Shown here: positions 18,831 to 28,351 of the stretch, one piece after another
Layout of the letters: the number at the start of each line of letters is the position of its first letter
How positions within the stretch are numbered: the stretch's first letter is position 1
Notes under the pieces: model-generated
What the model was told of the DNA's origin: nothing
The model's input: only the letters and a program-made list of their open reading frames with translations
Databases searched by the model: none
NCBI GenBank assembly: GCA_040081715.1
Contig: JBEBFY010000008.1
Span: 9,420-73,419, forward strand
From: Vicinamibacterales bacterium
Lineage (GTDB): Bacteria; Acidobacteriota; Vicinamibacteria; Vicinamibacterales; UBA2999
DNA length: 64,000 nt
Direction of reading: 5' to 3'
Translations under genes and position numbers: made by a program

Positions 18831-19460
18831 CTAATCGACGTGAATGAGGCCGCGCTGAATCGCAGCCGTGAGCGCGGCCGTCCGATCGTGGACGTGCAGT
18901 TTACCGAACACGCTCCGCAGATGGACAACCACCGTCTCCTGGCTGATCTGCAGTTCTGCGGCGATCTCCTTGTTCCGCATCCCCTTTCCAAGGAGCTGCA
19001 GCACAGCCAACTCCCTGGGCGTGAGGACCGGTTCGCTGATTCGTCGTGCCAGACGCGCTCCGAGGTCGGGCGTGATGGCAGACTCGCCGTTGTAGACCTT
19101 CCTGATCGTGTCGAGCAGAGTATCGGGAAGCGTATCTTTCAAGAGATACGCCAGCGCGCCCGCCTCGATCGCCCGGTAGATGTCCTCGTCTCCCCGGTGC
19201 ATCGTCAGGACGATGATCCGCGCAGTCGGATCCTCTTGGCGGATCGCACGAATCGCCTCCCATCCGCTTCGATCAGGAAGGCGCAGGTCCATCAGGACAA
19301 TGTCGGGCCTGTGGCGCTGATAGTCAGCGATGGCGGCTTCACAGGAGGCCGCACTCGCGATGACCTCCATGTCGGGTTCCTGCCGGATCAGCGCGACGAT
19401 GCCGGCACGCACAACGCTATGATCCTCGACGCACGCGATCCGGATTCTGGGCGCCTTCAT
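18831..19460 (-). CDS. Response regulator, NarL/FixJ (LuxR-type HTH) family
   Basis: Receiver domain (IACVEDHSVVR...DIVLMDLRLPD) plus a C-terminal LuxR HTH (LTPRELAVLQLLGKGMRNKEIAAELQISQETVVVHL). Confidence 0.92.
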   Translation of the reverse strand: MKAPRIRIACVEDHSVVRAGIVALIRQEPDMEVIASAASCEAAIADYQRHRPDIVLMDLRLPDRSGWEAIRAIRQEDPTARIIVLTMHRGDEDIYRAIEAGALAYLLKDTLPDTLLDTIRKVYNGESAITPDLGARLARRISEPVLTPRELAVLQLLGKGMRNKEIAAELQISQETVVVHLRSVFGKLHVHDRTAALTAAIQRGLIHVD

Positions 19461-22400
19461 GACGCAACCGCTCGTTCCGACCTCGGCACGCGGACGGCGA
19501 CCGTCGTCGGCCCACCCGCACGACTATCGAGCTCGAACTCCGCTCCGATTCTGCTCGCGCGCTCCTGCATTCCGACCACACCCACGTGACCCGAGGTTGC
19601 CGCCGCTGTCCGCACGTCTTCCGTAAAACCCGAGCCATCGTCCGTGATTCGCATCGCCACGAGGGTGGGATGGTAGTGCACCTCCACGGTAACGCGCCCG
19701 GCGCGTCCGTGCTGGATCGCATTGCGAATCGCTTCCTCGGCGATCATGTACAGCTCCCAGTCTTTCTCAACCGGCAGGGCCTGCGGCTCGCCGCTCACAC
19801 GTACGAGACAGCGGCCCACTTCGTGACCTGAGGCGGTGCGGCTGTATGCCTCGAGCGCCAACACCAGCGAGAACTCACCCTGCCGAGGCCGGAGGTCCCA
19901 GATCGCCTCGCGCGCAGTTCGCACATTCTCCTGCGCCTCACGGCGCAGATGCCGCAACTCACCGGTGAGACCGGCGCGCTCCGCTCCTGGTGAGCGCGCA
20001 AGGCCTTCAAGCTGGAGTGCCAACCCGGCAAGGCTCTGAAGCAACGTATCGTGCAGCTCGCGGCCAATGCGGCCCCGTTCGGCCAACACCAGGGCAAATC
20101 GTCGTCGCACCGCGCGTACGCGGAGTTGTGTGACACCGAGAACCGTCAGCAGCGAGGTCACCACACTCAGCGCCCTGAACCATGCCCGTTGGTAGAAGGG
20201 CGGCTCGACCGTGAACGCCAACGACGTCTCGGAATGTGACACGCCACTCAGGTGGGCTCGGACGCGAAAGCGGTAGGAGCCGGGGGGCAGCTGCGCGTAG
20301 AACACCTGACGGCGATCGCCGGCGCGTGTCCAGTTCGCATCAAATCCCTCCAGGAGGTACTCAAAGGACACCTTGCTTGCCGCCGACAGGCTGACCGCTC
20401 CATAGTCGATCTGGATGTTTCGAGCTCCAGACTCGAGGCGAAGGTCGGCAGGTAGTGGCCAGATCGGTCGGGCGTCGATAGCGAGCAGCTCGATGACCGC
20501 GCGCACCCTGACGGAGCGGGGCTCCATCAGTTCTGCCGGGTCGACCACGGCCACGCCGCTGACCGTCTGAAACCACAACTTCCCATCGCCTCCGCGGGTC
20601 GCGACGGGCGTTCCGTACCGTGTCGGCGATTCCAGGACACCATCAGATCGGTCATAGACCGTGTAGTTCACACGATACCGATGATCCGTGGCCGCGGCCT
20701 GAAGGTTCCGCCTGTCGAACCGGATGATTCCGGCAGCGACCATTGCCCACAGGCCGCCGTGACCGTCGTCTACCATGCCGCGCAGATCGGTTTCAGGCAG
20801 TCCATGGTGCTGGGTCACGCTGGTGAAACGTTCTCCGTTCCACCATGCCAGGCCGTTCCGCGTCAATGCCCAGACCGTGCCGTCACCGTCCTCCAGCAGG
20901 TCCGATATCTCCCCGCCTGGCAGCCCCTCGCGTGTACTGTAGGTCGAAAAGGAGCCGTGGTCGTACTTGGCAATGTGACCGTCACCGAAGCCGATCCAGA
21001 CACGCCCTTTCGCGTCACTCAGGACCTCGGAGCACTGCTGCCCACCGACGGCCTCGTGCTCGTCGAAGGAGGTAAGAAGCCCATCCTTCCAGCGGGACAG
21101 GGCGACTTCGCTGAACCGGCATAGCCACAGTCCGCCGTCAGGATCGGTTGCCATCGAGAACACGCGTCCAGGCGGCGGGTCCGGCAGGAGATGCACTCCC
21201 GTGAAGCGACCGTCGGCAAAGAGCCCCACGCTCGTATCGGTACCAACCCACAACCGGCCGGCTCGGTCACTATGCAAGGCCGTAATGTGGAGCCTTGGGA
21301 GCTTGTACTGCGCGTTTGCCTCCGGGCGTTCGCCGGGCCCGAATCGATCCAGCCCATCGCTGGTGCCAACCCATACCTGCCCGTCATTGGTCGTCTCCAG
21401 CGAGCGGACAGTGTTGTTCAACAGTCCGCTTCGACGTGTGACCATCGTCACGTCGTGCTCAAAGAACCGGCGGAGACCGCTCCGCGTCGCAACCCAGATG
21501 TTCCGCTCGGAATCCCCGACAATCGCCAGCACGACGTCGTTGACGTCATCGAGGTCACTGAACCGCTGCACGACTGGCCGTTCCGTCTCCGATGGCGGAA
21601 TGCGCAACAGCCCCTGCCCCATGGTCCCGACCCACACACCACCGAGCCGGTCGTGATGCAACGTTAGACCAATCGCGGAAATCCCGTGAGCGGGAACGTT
21701 CTCCAAGAGGGGCCTGGCGGCACGAGTCGGATCGGTGACCCACACCGCTCCTGACTCGTCCTCGCTGAAGCCTCGGGCCAGATCCGCAGAGAACCGCTCG
21801 AAACGGACCTGGTCCGCGCGGCGACGGTAGATGCCAGCCGTTGTCCCAACCCAGAGGGTTCCGGATCGATCTTCATGCAGGCTATACGCCGTCGTCGGCG
21901 GCAAACCCAGGGCTGGCGTGACCTGCTCCCATCGCCCTTCGCTGAATCGCGCCACTCCGCTGCGGCCGCCCATCCAGATCGCCCCATCCCGCGTCTCCAG
22001 CAGCGCGATGACAAAGCCGCCAGGCAGTCCGTCGTGGGTTGAGTAGTGAACGGCAGCCCTGCCGGTGATGAGGGAGACTCCACCACTCGTGTAGCCAACC
22101 CAGATATGCCCGGCCCGGGTACTGAGTAGCGACATCACATCGCGGGAAGGCAGCGGCGACTCACCACGAGAGCCCCATAGGACAAACCGTGAGCCGTCGA
22201 ACCGCACAAGGCCCGATGACGTGCCGAGCCACAGGTAGCCGTCCACATCTTGAGCGATGGCGTTAATCACGCCCGTCGGCAAACCGGGTGCGTTGCGATA
22301 GGACTCCGAGTACCAACGGTCGTTCGCGTTGAGCGCGAACGCCGGCCCGGCCGCAATCGCGAGAAGCAGGCAAATACGGATGGCGCAGCGAGCATTCGCG

Positions 22401-22546
22401 CGGATCGGTGAGGACAGTTGCGTATGGGACACCGGACTGGGGCACAAGGATGGCACCCAGCGCCGCGAGCACACAACGCCAACTTTCATTGCGGCCACAC
22501 ACCCTGCCGACCCCCAGTGGCACGGTGACGGGCTGAAGTCAACCAC
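19457..22546 (-). CDS. Sensor histidine kinase with periplasmic two-component-regulator propeller (Reg_prop) repeats and Y_Y_Y domain, HisKA_3/HATPase core
   Basis: Repeated G.LW.GT..GL motifs, one TM segment, an H-box (RIGRELHDTLLQSL) and an HATPase_c domain. The start is uncertain: an in-frame GTG at 22432 gives a cleaner signal peptide (SHTQLSSPIRANARCAIRICLLLAIAAGPAFA). Confidence 0.85.
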   Translation of the reverse strand: MVDFSPSPCHWGSAGCVAAMKVGVVCSRRWVPSLCPSPVSHTQLSSPIRANARCAIRICLLLAIAAGPAFALNANDRWYSESYRNAPGLPTGVINAIAQDVDGYLWLGTSSGLVRFDGSRFVLWGSRGESPLPSRDVMSLLSTRAGHIWVGYTSGGVSLITGRAAVHYSTHDGLPGGFVIALLETRDGAIWMGGRSGVARFSEGRWEQVTPALGLPPTTAYSLHEDRSGTLWVGTTAGIYRRRADQVRFERFSADLARGFSEDESGAVWVTDPTRAARPLLENVPAHGISAIGLTLHHDRLGGVWVGTMGQGLLRIPPSETERPVVQRFSDLDDVNDVVLAIVGDSERNIWVATRSGLRRFFEHDVTMVTRRSGLLNNTVRSLETTNDGQVWVGTSDGLDRFGPGERPEANAQYKLPRLHITALHSDRAGRLWVGTDTSVGLFADGRFTGVHLLPDPPPGRVFSMATDPDGGLWLCRFSEVALSRWKDGLLTSFDEHEAVGGQQCSEVLSDAKGRVWIGFGDGHIAKYDHGSFSTYSTREGLPGGEISDLLEDGDGTVWALTRNGLAWWNGERFTSVTQHHGLPETDLRGMVDDGHGGLWAMVAAGIIRFDRRNLQAAATDHRYRVNYTVYDRSDGVLESPTRYGTPVATRGGDGKLWFQTVSGVAVVDPAELMEPRSVRVRAVIELLAIDARPIWPLPADLRLESGARNIQIDYGAVSLSAASKVSFEYLLEGFDANWTRAGDRRQVFYAQLPPGSYRFRVRAHLSGVSHSETSLAFTVEPPFYQRAWFRALSVVTSLLTVLGVTQLRVRAVRRRFALVLAERGRIGRELHDTLLQSLAGLALQLEGLARSPGAERAGLTGELRHLRREAQENVRTAREAIWDLRPRQGEFSLVLALEAYSRTASGHEVGRCLVRVSGEPQALPVEKDWELYMIAEEAIRNAIQHGRAGRVTVEVHYHPTLVAMRITDDGSGFTEDVRTAAATSGHVGVVGMQERASRIGAEFELDSRAGGPTTVAVRVPRSERAVAS

Positions 22547-22590
22547 GCCCTTGCGCCGGACTCAGCCTCTGAAGTACCCTGACCTCACTC

Positions 22591-22665
22591 ATGGGTTCCA
22601 CGCTCCACCACGCACACGTCCATCACCACGGCCATCGGGCCGTCCGGCCGGGCCGCGTGCGCTGA
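22591..22665 (+). CDS. Candidate his operon leader peptide (24 codons, 7 His)
   Basis: ATG 22591 ... TGA 22663-22665 encodes MGSTLHHAHVHHHGHRAVRPGRVR. It lies between the divergent kinase gene and hisI and is followed by a terminator. No clear Shine-Dalgarno is present. Confidence 0.5.
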   Translation: MGSTLHHAHVHHHGHRAVRPGRVR

Positions 22666-22703
22666 GCGTCTTGTAGCAACAGACACCCAGAGCCCCGAAG
22701 ATG

Positions 22704-22732
22704 CCCCGCCGGAACTCAGGCGGGGTTTTTTG
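22704..22732 (+). terminator. Rho-independent terminator in the his leader
   Basis: CCCCGCC (22704-22710), an 8-nt loop, GGCGGGG (22719-22725), then TTTTTT (22726-22731). It lies 73 nt upstream of the hisI ATG. Confidence 0.7.
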
Positions 22733-22804
22733 TTGTACGGGCTGACGTGGCCCGGCCCCCGGCTGGCGGACGGAGCACCACGAGCGACGAGAGAGAGCAG
22801 ATCA

Positions 22805-23137
22805 ATGGCGATGGATTTCACGAAACTTGACGGCCTGATCCCTGCCGTCGTGCAGGATTACCTCAGCAACGAGGTACTCATGGTCGGCTTCATGAACGCG
22901 GAAGCCTGGGAGATCACGAAGAGAACCGGCTACGTCACCTTCTACAGCCGCACGCGCAACACGCTGTGGACCAAGGGGGAAACCTCGGGCAACCGGCTCG
23001 CGGTGAAGGAGGTCCTCATCGACTGCGACGAGGACACCGTGCTGGTGAAAGCGGCGCGTCAGGGCGACGGCAACGTGTGCCACACGGGTGAGCGGACCTG
23101 CTTCTTCGTGAAGGCCGACGGGGTGACCATCCCATGA
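22805..23137 (+). CDS. hisI: Phosphoribosyl-AMP cyclohydrolase (monofunctional HisI)
   Basis: ATG at 22805 gives [18 protein letters not shown]...[18 protein letters not shown]...CDEDTVL...[12 protein letters not shown]. There is no HisE domain. Confidence 0.92.
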   Translation: MAMDFTKLDGLIPAVVQDYLSNEVLMVGFMNAEAWEITKRTGYVTFYSRTRNTLWTKGETSGNRLAVKEVLIDCDEDTVLVKAARQGDGNVCHTGERTCFFVKADGVTIP

Positions 23138-24021
23138 CACTCAAACTGGGCATCCCGAAGGGGTCGCTGCAGGACGCGACCGTGCAGCTCTTCGCACGGG
23201 CGGGCTTCAATATCCACGTCAGCTCACGTTCCTACTTCCCCACCATCGACGACCCGGAGATCGAATGCATGCTCATCCGGGCGCAGGAGATGGCGCGCTA
23301 CGTCTCGGACGGCGTGCTGGACGCAGGCCTGACCGGCCTCGATTGGATCGCGGAGCACGAGGCTGGCGACGGCACCACCGGCGTCATCGAGCCGATCGCG
23401 GATCTCGTGTACGCGAAGCAGAGCTTCGGCAAGGTCCGGTGGGTGCTGGCCGTGCCCGAGGACTCTCCCTACCAGACCGCCAAGGATCTCGAAGGCAAGA
23501 CGATCGCCACCGAACTGGTGCGGGCCACGAAGGCCTACTTCGCGCGCCAGGGCGTCAATGTGAAGACGGAGTTTTCCTGGGGCGCCACGGAGGTGAAGCC
23601 GCCACGGCTGGCCGACGCCATCGTGGAGGTCACCGAGACTGGCTCGTCGCTGCGGGCCAATCGCCTCCGCATCATCGACACGCTGATGGAGTCCAACACG
23701 CAGCTCATCGCCAACAAGACGGCGCTAGCGGACGCGTGGAAGAAGACCAAGCTGCAGAACCTCGCGCTGCTGCTGAACGCCGCCATCGCCGCCCAGGGCC
23801 GCGTCGGCCTGATGCTGAACGTCGAGAAAGCCAGGCTCGACTCGATTCTGGCCATCCTGCCGGCGCTGCAGCGGCCGACGATCTCGTCGCTCAGTGACGA
23901 GGCGTGGGTGGCGGTCAACACCATCATCGAAGAGAAGACGGTGCGAGACCTGATGCCGAAGCTCAAGGCGGCCGGGGCGCAGGGGATCGTCGAGTATCCG
24001 CTCAACAAGATCGTGCTCTGA
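23134..24021 (+). CDS. hisG: ATP phosphoribosyltransferase, long form with C-terminal regulatory domain
   Basis: [13 protein letters not shown]...[10 protein letters not shown]...ETGSSLRAN, 295 aa. The start overlaps the hisI stop (ATGA). Confidence 0.92.
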   Translation: MTLKLGIPKGSLQDATVQLFARAGFNIHVSSRSYFPTIDDPEIECMLIRAQEMARYVSDGVLDAGLTGLDWIAEHEAGDGTTGVIEPIADLVYAKQSFGKVRWVLAVPEDSPYQTAKDLEGKTIATELVRATKAYFARQGVNVKTEFSWGATEVKPPRLADAIVEVTETGSSLRANRLRIIDTLMESNTQLIANKTALADAWKKTKLQNLALLLNAAIAAQGRVGLMLNVEKARLDSILAILPALQRPTISSLSDEAWVAVNTIIEEKTVRDLMPKLKAAGAQGIVEYPLNKIVL

Positions 24022-25295
24022 TGATCCGCATCATCGACGCTGAGGATCGGGAAGGCGTCGCGGCGCTGCTCTCGGCCGCGCGCGTACGCGATGCCGCCAC
24101 GGACCGCCGTGTGGCGCGCATCGTGGCCGACGTCCGGAGCGGTGGCGACGCGGCCCTGCTGCGGTACGCGCGCAAGCTCGACAACCTGGAGGGCGGCCTC
24201 GAGATTCCGCACAGCGACATCCGGGCACAGGCCGCGCAGGTGCCTGCGGCCGTGCGCGCCGCGATCCGCAGCGCGGCGAAGCACATCCGGGCCGTCGCAC
24301 GGAAGCAGGTCCCGAAAGGCTGGCTCCTGCAGGTCGCGCCCGGCGTGACCGTCGAGCAACGCGTAACTCCGCTCGACCGCGTCGGCTGTTATGTGCCCGG
24401 CGGCCGGTACCCGCTCCCCTCGTCCCTGTTGATGACGGCCATCCCCGCGCGCGCGGCCGGCGTGCAGGAGATCGTCGTGGTCTGTCCGCGCCCGGAACCC
24501 GTGGTGCTGGCCGCCGCGCTCGAGGCCGGGGCCACGCGCGTGTTCCGCATCGGCGGCGCGCACGCCGTGGCTGCCATGGCCTACGGTACGGAATCGGTGC
24601 CCCGGGTGGACAAGATCGTGGGCCCGGGCAACCGGTTCGTCGCCTCGGCCAAGGCGCTCATCGCCACCGACTGCGGCATCGACTTCTACGCCGGGCCGAC
24701 CGAGATCCTGATCGTGGCGGCACGCGGGCCGGCGGAGTGGATTGCGGCCGACCTCATCGCGCAGGCCGAGCACGATCCGGACGCGCGTGCGGTGCTCGTG
24801 ACCCCGAATCGGGCGCTGGCCGATCAGGTAGTGGCAGCCGTGATCGCCCAGGCGCCACAGGACGGTCCTGCCCGGATGGCGCTTGCGCGCCATGGCGGCG
24901 TGGTGGTGACGCAGACGATGGATCAGGCGATGGCACTGGCCAACGACGCGGCCCCCGAGCACCTTGTGCTGGAACGCGAATCGCTGCTCAGCCAGGTCCG
25001 CTGCGCGGGGTCGATCTTCATCGGACCGTGGACGGCGCAGGTGGCGGGCGACTACGCCATCGGGTCGAATCACGTGCTGCCCACGGCCGGCGCCTCGCGC
25101 GTGCGCGGCGGCCTGTCCGCGGCCGACTTCGTGCGGCAGGTGACTGTGCAGCGCCTCTCGGAGGCCGGGCTGCGGGCCATCGGGCCGACGGTCACCACGC
25201 TGGCGCGCGCGGAGGGTCTTGAGGGACACGCCGCCTCCATCGATGTACGGACGGGCATCAACCAGAGCGCGGCGGGCAGGCGGAGAAAGCGATGA
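24021..25295 (+). CDS. hisD: Histidinol dehydrogenase
   Basis: In-frame ATG at 24021 overlaps the hisG stop. Family motifs are present (YVPGGRYPLPSSLLM, AQAEHDPDA, GDYAIGSNHVLPT). Confidence 0.93.
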   Translation: MIRIIDAEDREGVAALLSAARVRDAATDRRVARIVADVRSGGDAALLRYARKLDNLEGGLEIPHSDIRAQAAQVPAAVRAAIRSAAKHIRAVARKQVPKGWLLQVAPGVTVEQRVTPLDRVGCYVPGGRYPLPSSLLMTAIPARAAGVQEIVVVCPRPEPVVLAAALEAGATRVFRIGGAHAVAAMAYGTESVPRVDKIVGPGNRFVASAKALIATDCGIDFYAGPTEILIVAARGPAEWIAADLIAQAEHDPDARAVLVTPNRALADQVVAAVIAQAPQDGPARMALARHGGVVVTQTMDQAMALANDAAPEHLVLERESLLSQVRCAGSIFIGPWTAQVAGDYAIGSNHVLPTAGASRVRGGLSAADFVRQVTVQRLSEAGLRAIGPTVTTLARAEGLEGHAASIDVRTGINQSAAGRRRKR

Positions 25296-26368
25296 CGGTG
25301 CAGGGCATCCCGAGCCCGGGTGACGGCCTTCGACTTCACCTGAACGAGAACACGGGCGGATGCTCCGAGCGCGTGATGGACGCCATCCGCGCCATGCGCG
25401 CCACCGACATCTCGGCCTACCCCGATTACCGGCGCGACGTGGCCGCGGTGGCTCGGCACTTCGGCGTGGACCCGGACTGGCTGATCCTCACCAACGGACT
25501 CGACGAAGGCATCTTTCTGGCCTCCATCGGGACCTTTGGCCGAGCACACGATGCGTCGCTGGAAGCCATCGTGCCCGTGCCCGCGTTCGACCCGTACCTG
25601 ACGGCCACGGCGGCCGTGGACGCGCGCACCATCCGCGTGCCGCCGGGATCGGACTTCGCGTTTCCGGCAGACGCGGTCGTCGCCGCCATCACGCCGAAGA
25701 CGCGCCTGATCTTCCTGAACACGCCCAACAACCCGACAGGGCAGGCGATTCCTCACGGCGTGCTGCGCCGGATCGCCGGGGCGGCTCCGCAGGCGACGGT
25801 TGTGGTGGATGAGGCCTACGTGGAGTTCGCGGACCCGGAGCCGGGCCAGCGGAGCGCAAGCTTTCTGGACGAGCTGCCCGTGCACCCCAACGTGGTCGTG
25901 GGCCGCACGTTCTCGAAGGCCTACGGGCTGGCCGGCATGCGCATCGGCGTGCTCATCGGCCATCCGGATCGCCTGGAGCCGGTTCGGGCCGTGACGCCGG
26001 TCTTCAACATGAACACCGTGGCCATGACGGCGATGCACGCGGCGCTGGCCGACACGGCGTTTCTGCCGCGCTACGTGGCCGACGTGCACACGTCGCGCGA
26101 ACGGCTCTACGCCGCCTGCGGGCGGCTTGGCCTCGAGTACTGGCCGAGCGCCGCCAACTTCGTGCTGATGCGCGTGGGACCGCGGGCCGGTGAGGTCGTC
26201 GCGCACCTGTCCGCCAGCGGCGTGCACGTGCGGGACCGCTCGAAGGATCCGTACAGCCCCGGCTGCATCCGGGTCACCGCCGGCATCACCAGCCACACTG
26301 ACCGCGCCATTGCGGCGCTTGAGGCGGTGGTGGCCACGGGGCTGACCAGCGCGAGGAGGAACCCATGA
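25292..26368 (+). CDS. hisC: Histidinol-phosphate aminotransferase
   Basis: Class II aminotransferase motifs ([31 protein letters not shown]). The start overlaps the hisD stop. Confidence 0.92.
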   Translation: MTVQGIPSPGDGLRLHLNENTGGCSERVMDAIRAMRATDISAYPDYRRDVAAVARHFGVDPDWLILTNGLDEGIFLASIGTFGRAHDASLEAIVPVPAFDPYLTATAAVDARTIRVPPGSDFAFPADAVVAAITPKTRLIFLNTPNNPTGQAIPHGVLRRIAGAAPQATVVVDEAYVEFADPEPGQRSASFLDELPVHPNVVVGRTFSKAYGLAGMRIGVLIGHPDRLEPVRAVTPVFNMNTVAMTAMHAALADTAFLPRYVADVHTSRERLYAACGRLGLEYWPSAANFVLMRVGPRAGEVVAHLSASGVHVRDRSKDPYSPGCIRVTAGITSHTDRAIAALEAVVATGLTSARRNP

Positions 26369-26967
26369 GCGTGGACGCGCCCCGCGAGGCCCGATTCGAC
26401 CGGCGGACCACGGAAACCCAGATCAAGGGCCGGTTCGTGGTGGACGGCGAGGGGAAGTACCAGGTGCGGACCGGCATCCGCTTCCTCGACCACATGCTCG
26501 AGTTGTTCACCCGGCACGGCGGGTTCGACCTGCAGTTGAAGGCCACCGGCGATCTGGACGTCGATCAACACCACACCGTGGAAGACATCGGCATCGTCCT
26601 CGGCGAAGCCGTGGCAGCCGCACTGGGAAACAAGAAGGGCATCAACCGCGCCGGCTACTTCGTGATGCCGATGGACGAAACGCTGGCCGTGGCGGCGGTG
26701 GACCTGAGCGGACGGCCGCACTCCGTCGTGAAGCTGAAGCTGGCCGTCGAGAAGGTGGGCGACCTGCAGGCCGAGCTCGTGCACGATTTCTTCGACGGGT
26801 TCGCCATGGGCGCCCGCGCCAACGTGCACGCCGTCGTCCTGTACGGACGGTCGAGCCACCATCACATCGAGGCCGTCTTCAAGGCCTTTGCCCGCGCCCT
26901 GCGCGTGGCCTGCGCGAAGGACGCGCGGCTCGCGAAGATGCTGCCCAGCACGAAGGGACTGCTGTGA
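26365..26967 (+). CDS. hisB: Imidazoleglycerol-phosphate dehydratase
   Basis: RRTTETQI...[20 protein letters not shown]...[14 protein letters not shown]...[19 protein letters not shown]. Confidence 0.95.
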   Translation: MSVDAPREARFDRRTTETQIKGRFVVDGEGKYQVRTGIRFLDHMLELFTRHGGFDLQLKATGDLDVDQHHTVEDIGIVLGEAVAAALGNKKGINRAGYFVMPMDETLAVAAVDLSGRPHSVVKLKLAVEKVGDLQAELVHDFFDGFAMGARANVHAVVLYGRSSHHHIEAVFKAFARALRVACAKDARLAKMLPSTKGLL

Positions 26968-27578
26968 TTGCACTGGTCGACTACAAGGCTGGCAACCTGA
27001 CGTCGGTCCGCAAGGCCCTCACGGCCCTGGGCGCGTCGTTCTTCACGCCTGCCACCGCCGCTGAGCTGGAGGGTGTGACAGGCGTGATCGTGCCTGGCGT
27101 CGGCCACTTCACCTCGACGGCCAACCTCGACGAGCCCTGGCGCCGTGCCATCGAGGGCCGCGTGCTGGCTGGGGCGCCGCTGCTCGGGATCTGCGTGGGC
27201 ATGCAGTGGCTCTTCGAGGGCAGCGCGGAGTCGCCGGAGTGCCCGGGGCTGGGCGTGCTGCCAGGGCGCTGTGAGCGCCTTGCGGGCAACGCGGCCGTCG
27301 GCGTCAAGGTGCCCCATGTCGGCTGGAACGCGCTCGTGCCGCCACCGGGTACGAGGTCGGTCCTCCTGCAGGGGGTTGCGCCGGGTTCGCAGGTCTACTT
27401 CACGCACTCGTACGCCCCGCCCGTCACCAACGACTGCGTGGCGGCCACCACGCACGGTGCGGAAACCTTCGGAGCAGCCGTGGAGCGCGGCCATGTGTTC
27501 GGCGTGCAGTTCCACCCGGAGAAGTCCTCGGACGTAGGTCTGCGGATTCTCGGTAACTTTCTGGAGGCGTGCCAATAG
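26964..27578 (+). CDS. hisH: Imidazole glycerol phosphate synthase, glutamine amidotransferase subunit
   Basis: [13 protein letters not shown]...PGVGHF...[13 protein letters not shown]...[10 protein letters not shown] (class I GATase triad). Confidence 0.93.
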   Translation: MIALVDYKAGNLTSVRKALTALGASFFTPATAAELEGVTGVIVPGVGHFTSTANLDEPWRRAIEGRVLAGAPLLGICVGMQWLFEGSAESPECPGLGVLPGRCERLAGNAAVGVKVPHVGWNALVPPPGTRSVLLQGVAPGSQVYFTHSYAPPVTNDCVAATTHGAETFGAAVERGHVFGVQFHPEKSSDVGLRILGNFLEACQ

Positions 27579-28333
27579 TGCTCTCCAAACGCGTGATCGC
27601 CTGCATGGATGTCCGGGAGGGACAGGTCGTCAAGGGCGTGCAGTTCCAGGACCTGCGCCACGCCGGCGACCCGGCCGAACTCGCCCGCCGCTACAACGTG
27701 GAAGGTATCGACGAGGTCGTGGTGCTCGACATCACGGCCACGCTTGAAGGCCGGCGGACGCTCGCCGACACCGTGCATGCCGTGGCGGCGGAGATCTTCC
27801 TGCCGCTCGCAGTCGGCGGTGGCATTCGTTCCGAGGCCGACGCGGCCACGGTGATCGACGCTGGAGCAGACAAGGTGAGCCTGAATACGGCCGCCCTGCG
27901 CCAGCCGGAGCTCATCACGACCCTCGCCAACCGGTACGGCAGCCAGGCCGTGATTGTGGCCATCGACGCCAAGCGGATCGACGACCGGTTTGCCGTTTAC
28001 GTGCGCAGCGGACAGACCGACTCCGCGCGCGACGCCGTGGAATGGGCACGCGAGGCGGAGTCCCGCGGGGCCGGCGAGATCCTGCTGACGTCGATGGACC
28101 GCGACGGCACACGCGCCGGCTTCGACTGCGCCCTCACCGCCGCCGTCTCGAGCGCCGTGAACATTCCCGTGATTGCCTCAGGTGGCGCGGGTGGCTTTGA
28201 CCACTTCGTGGATGTGTTCACCGAGGGCCGGGCGGACGCCGCGCTGGCGGCCTCGATCTTTCACTACGCCGAGTCGAGCGTGCACGACCTGAAGGTGCAC
28301 CTGCGCGACCGCGGCATTCCCGTTCGCCTCTAG
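27578..28333 (+). CDS. hisF: Imidazole glycerol phosphate synthase, cyclase subunit
   Basis: GTG at 27578 gives the canonical (M)[11 protein letters not shown] start with GGAGG 10 nt upstream; GTG at 27569 is an alternative. Motifs include [11 protein letters not shown] and ASGGAG. Confidence 0.93.
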   Translation: MLSKRVIACMDVREGQVVKGVQFQDLRHAGDPAELARRYNVEGIDEVVVLDITATLEGRRTLADTVHAVAAEIFLPLAVGGGIRSEADAATVIDAGADKVSLNTAALRQPELITTLANRYGSQAVIVAIDAKRIDDRFAVYVRSGQTDSARDAVEWAREAESRGAGEILLTSMDRDGTRAGFDCALTAAVSSAVNIPVIASGGAGGFDHFVDVFTEGRADAALAASIFHYAESSVHDLKVHLRDRGIPVRL

Positions 28334-28351
28334 TTCCGGGCTCCTCACGAC

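Noticed and set aside
22585-22821. A 78-aa minus-strand ORF covering the his leader region.
   Set aside because: It has low-complexity composition and no signature, lies antisense to the leader ORF and terminator, and overlaps the hisI start.
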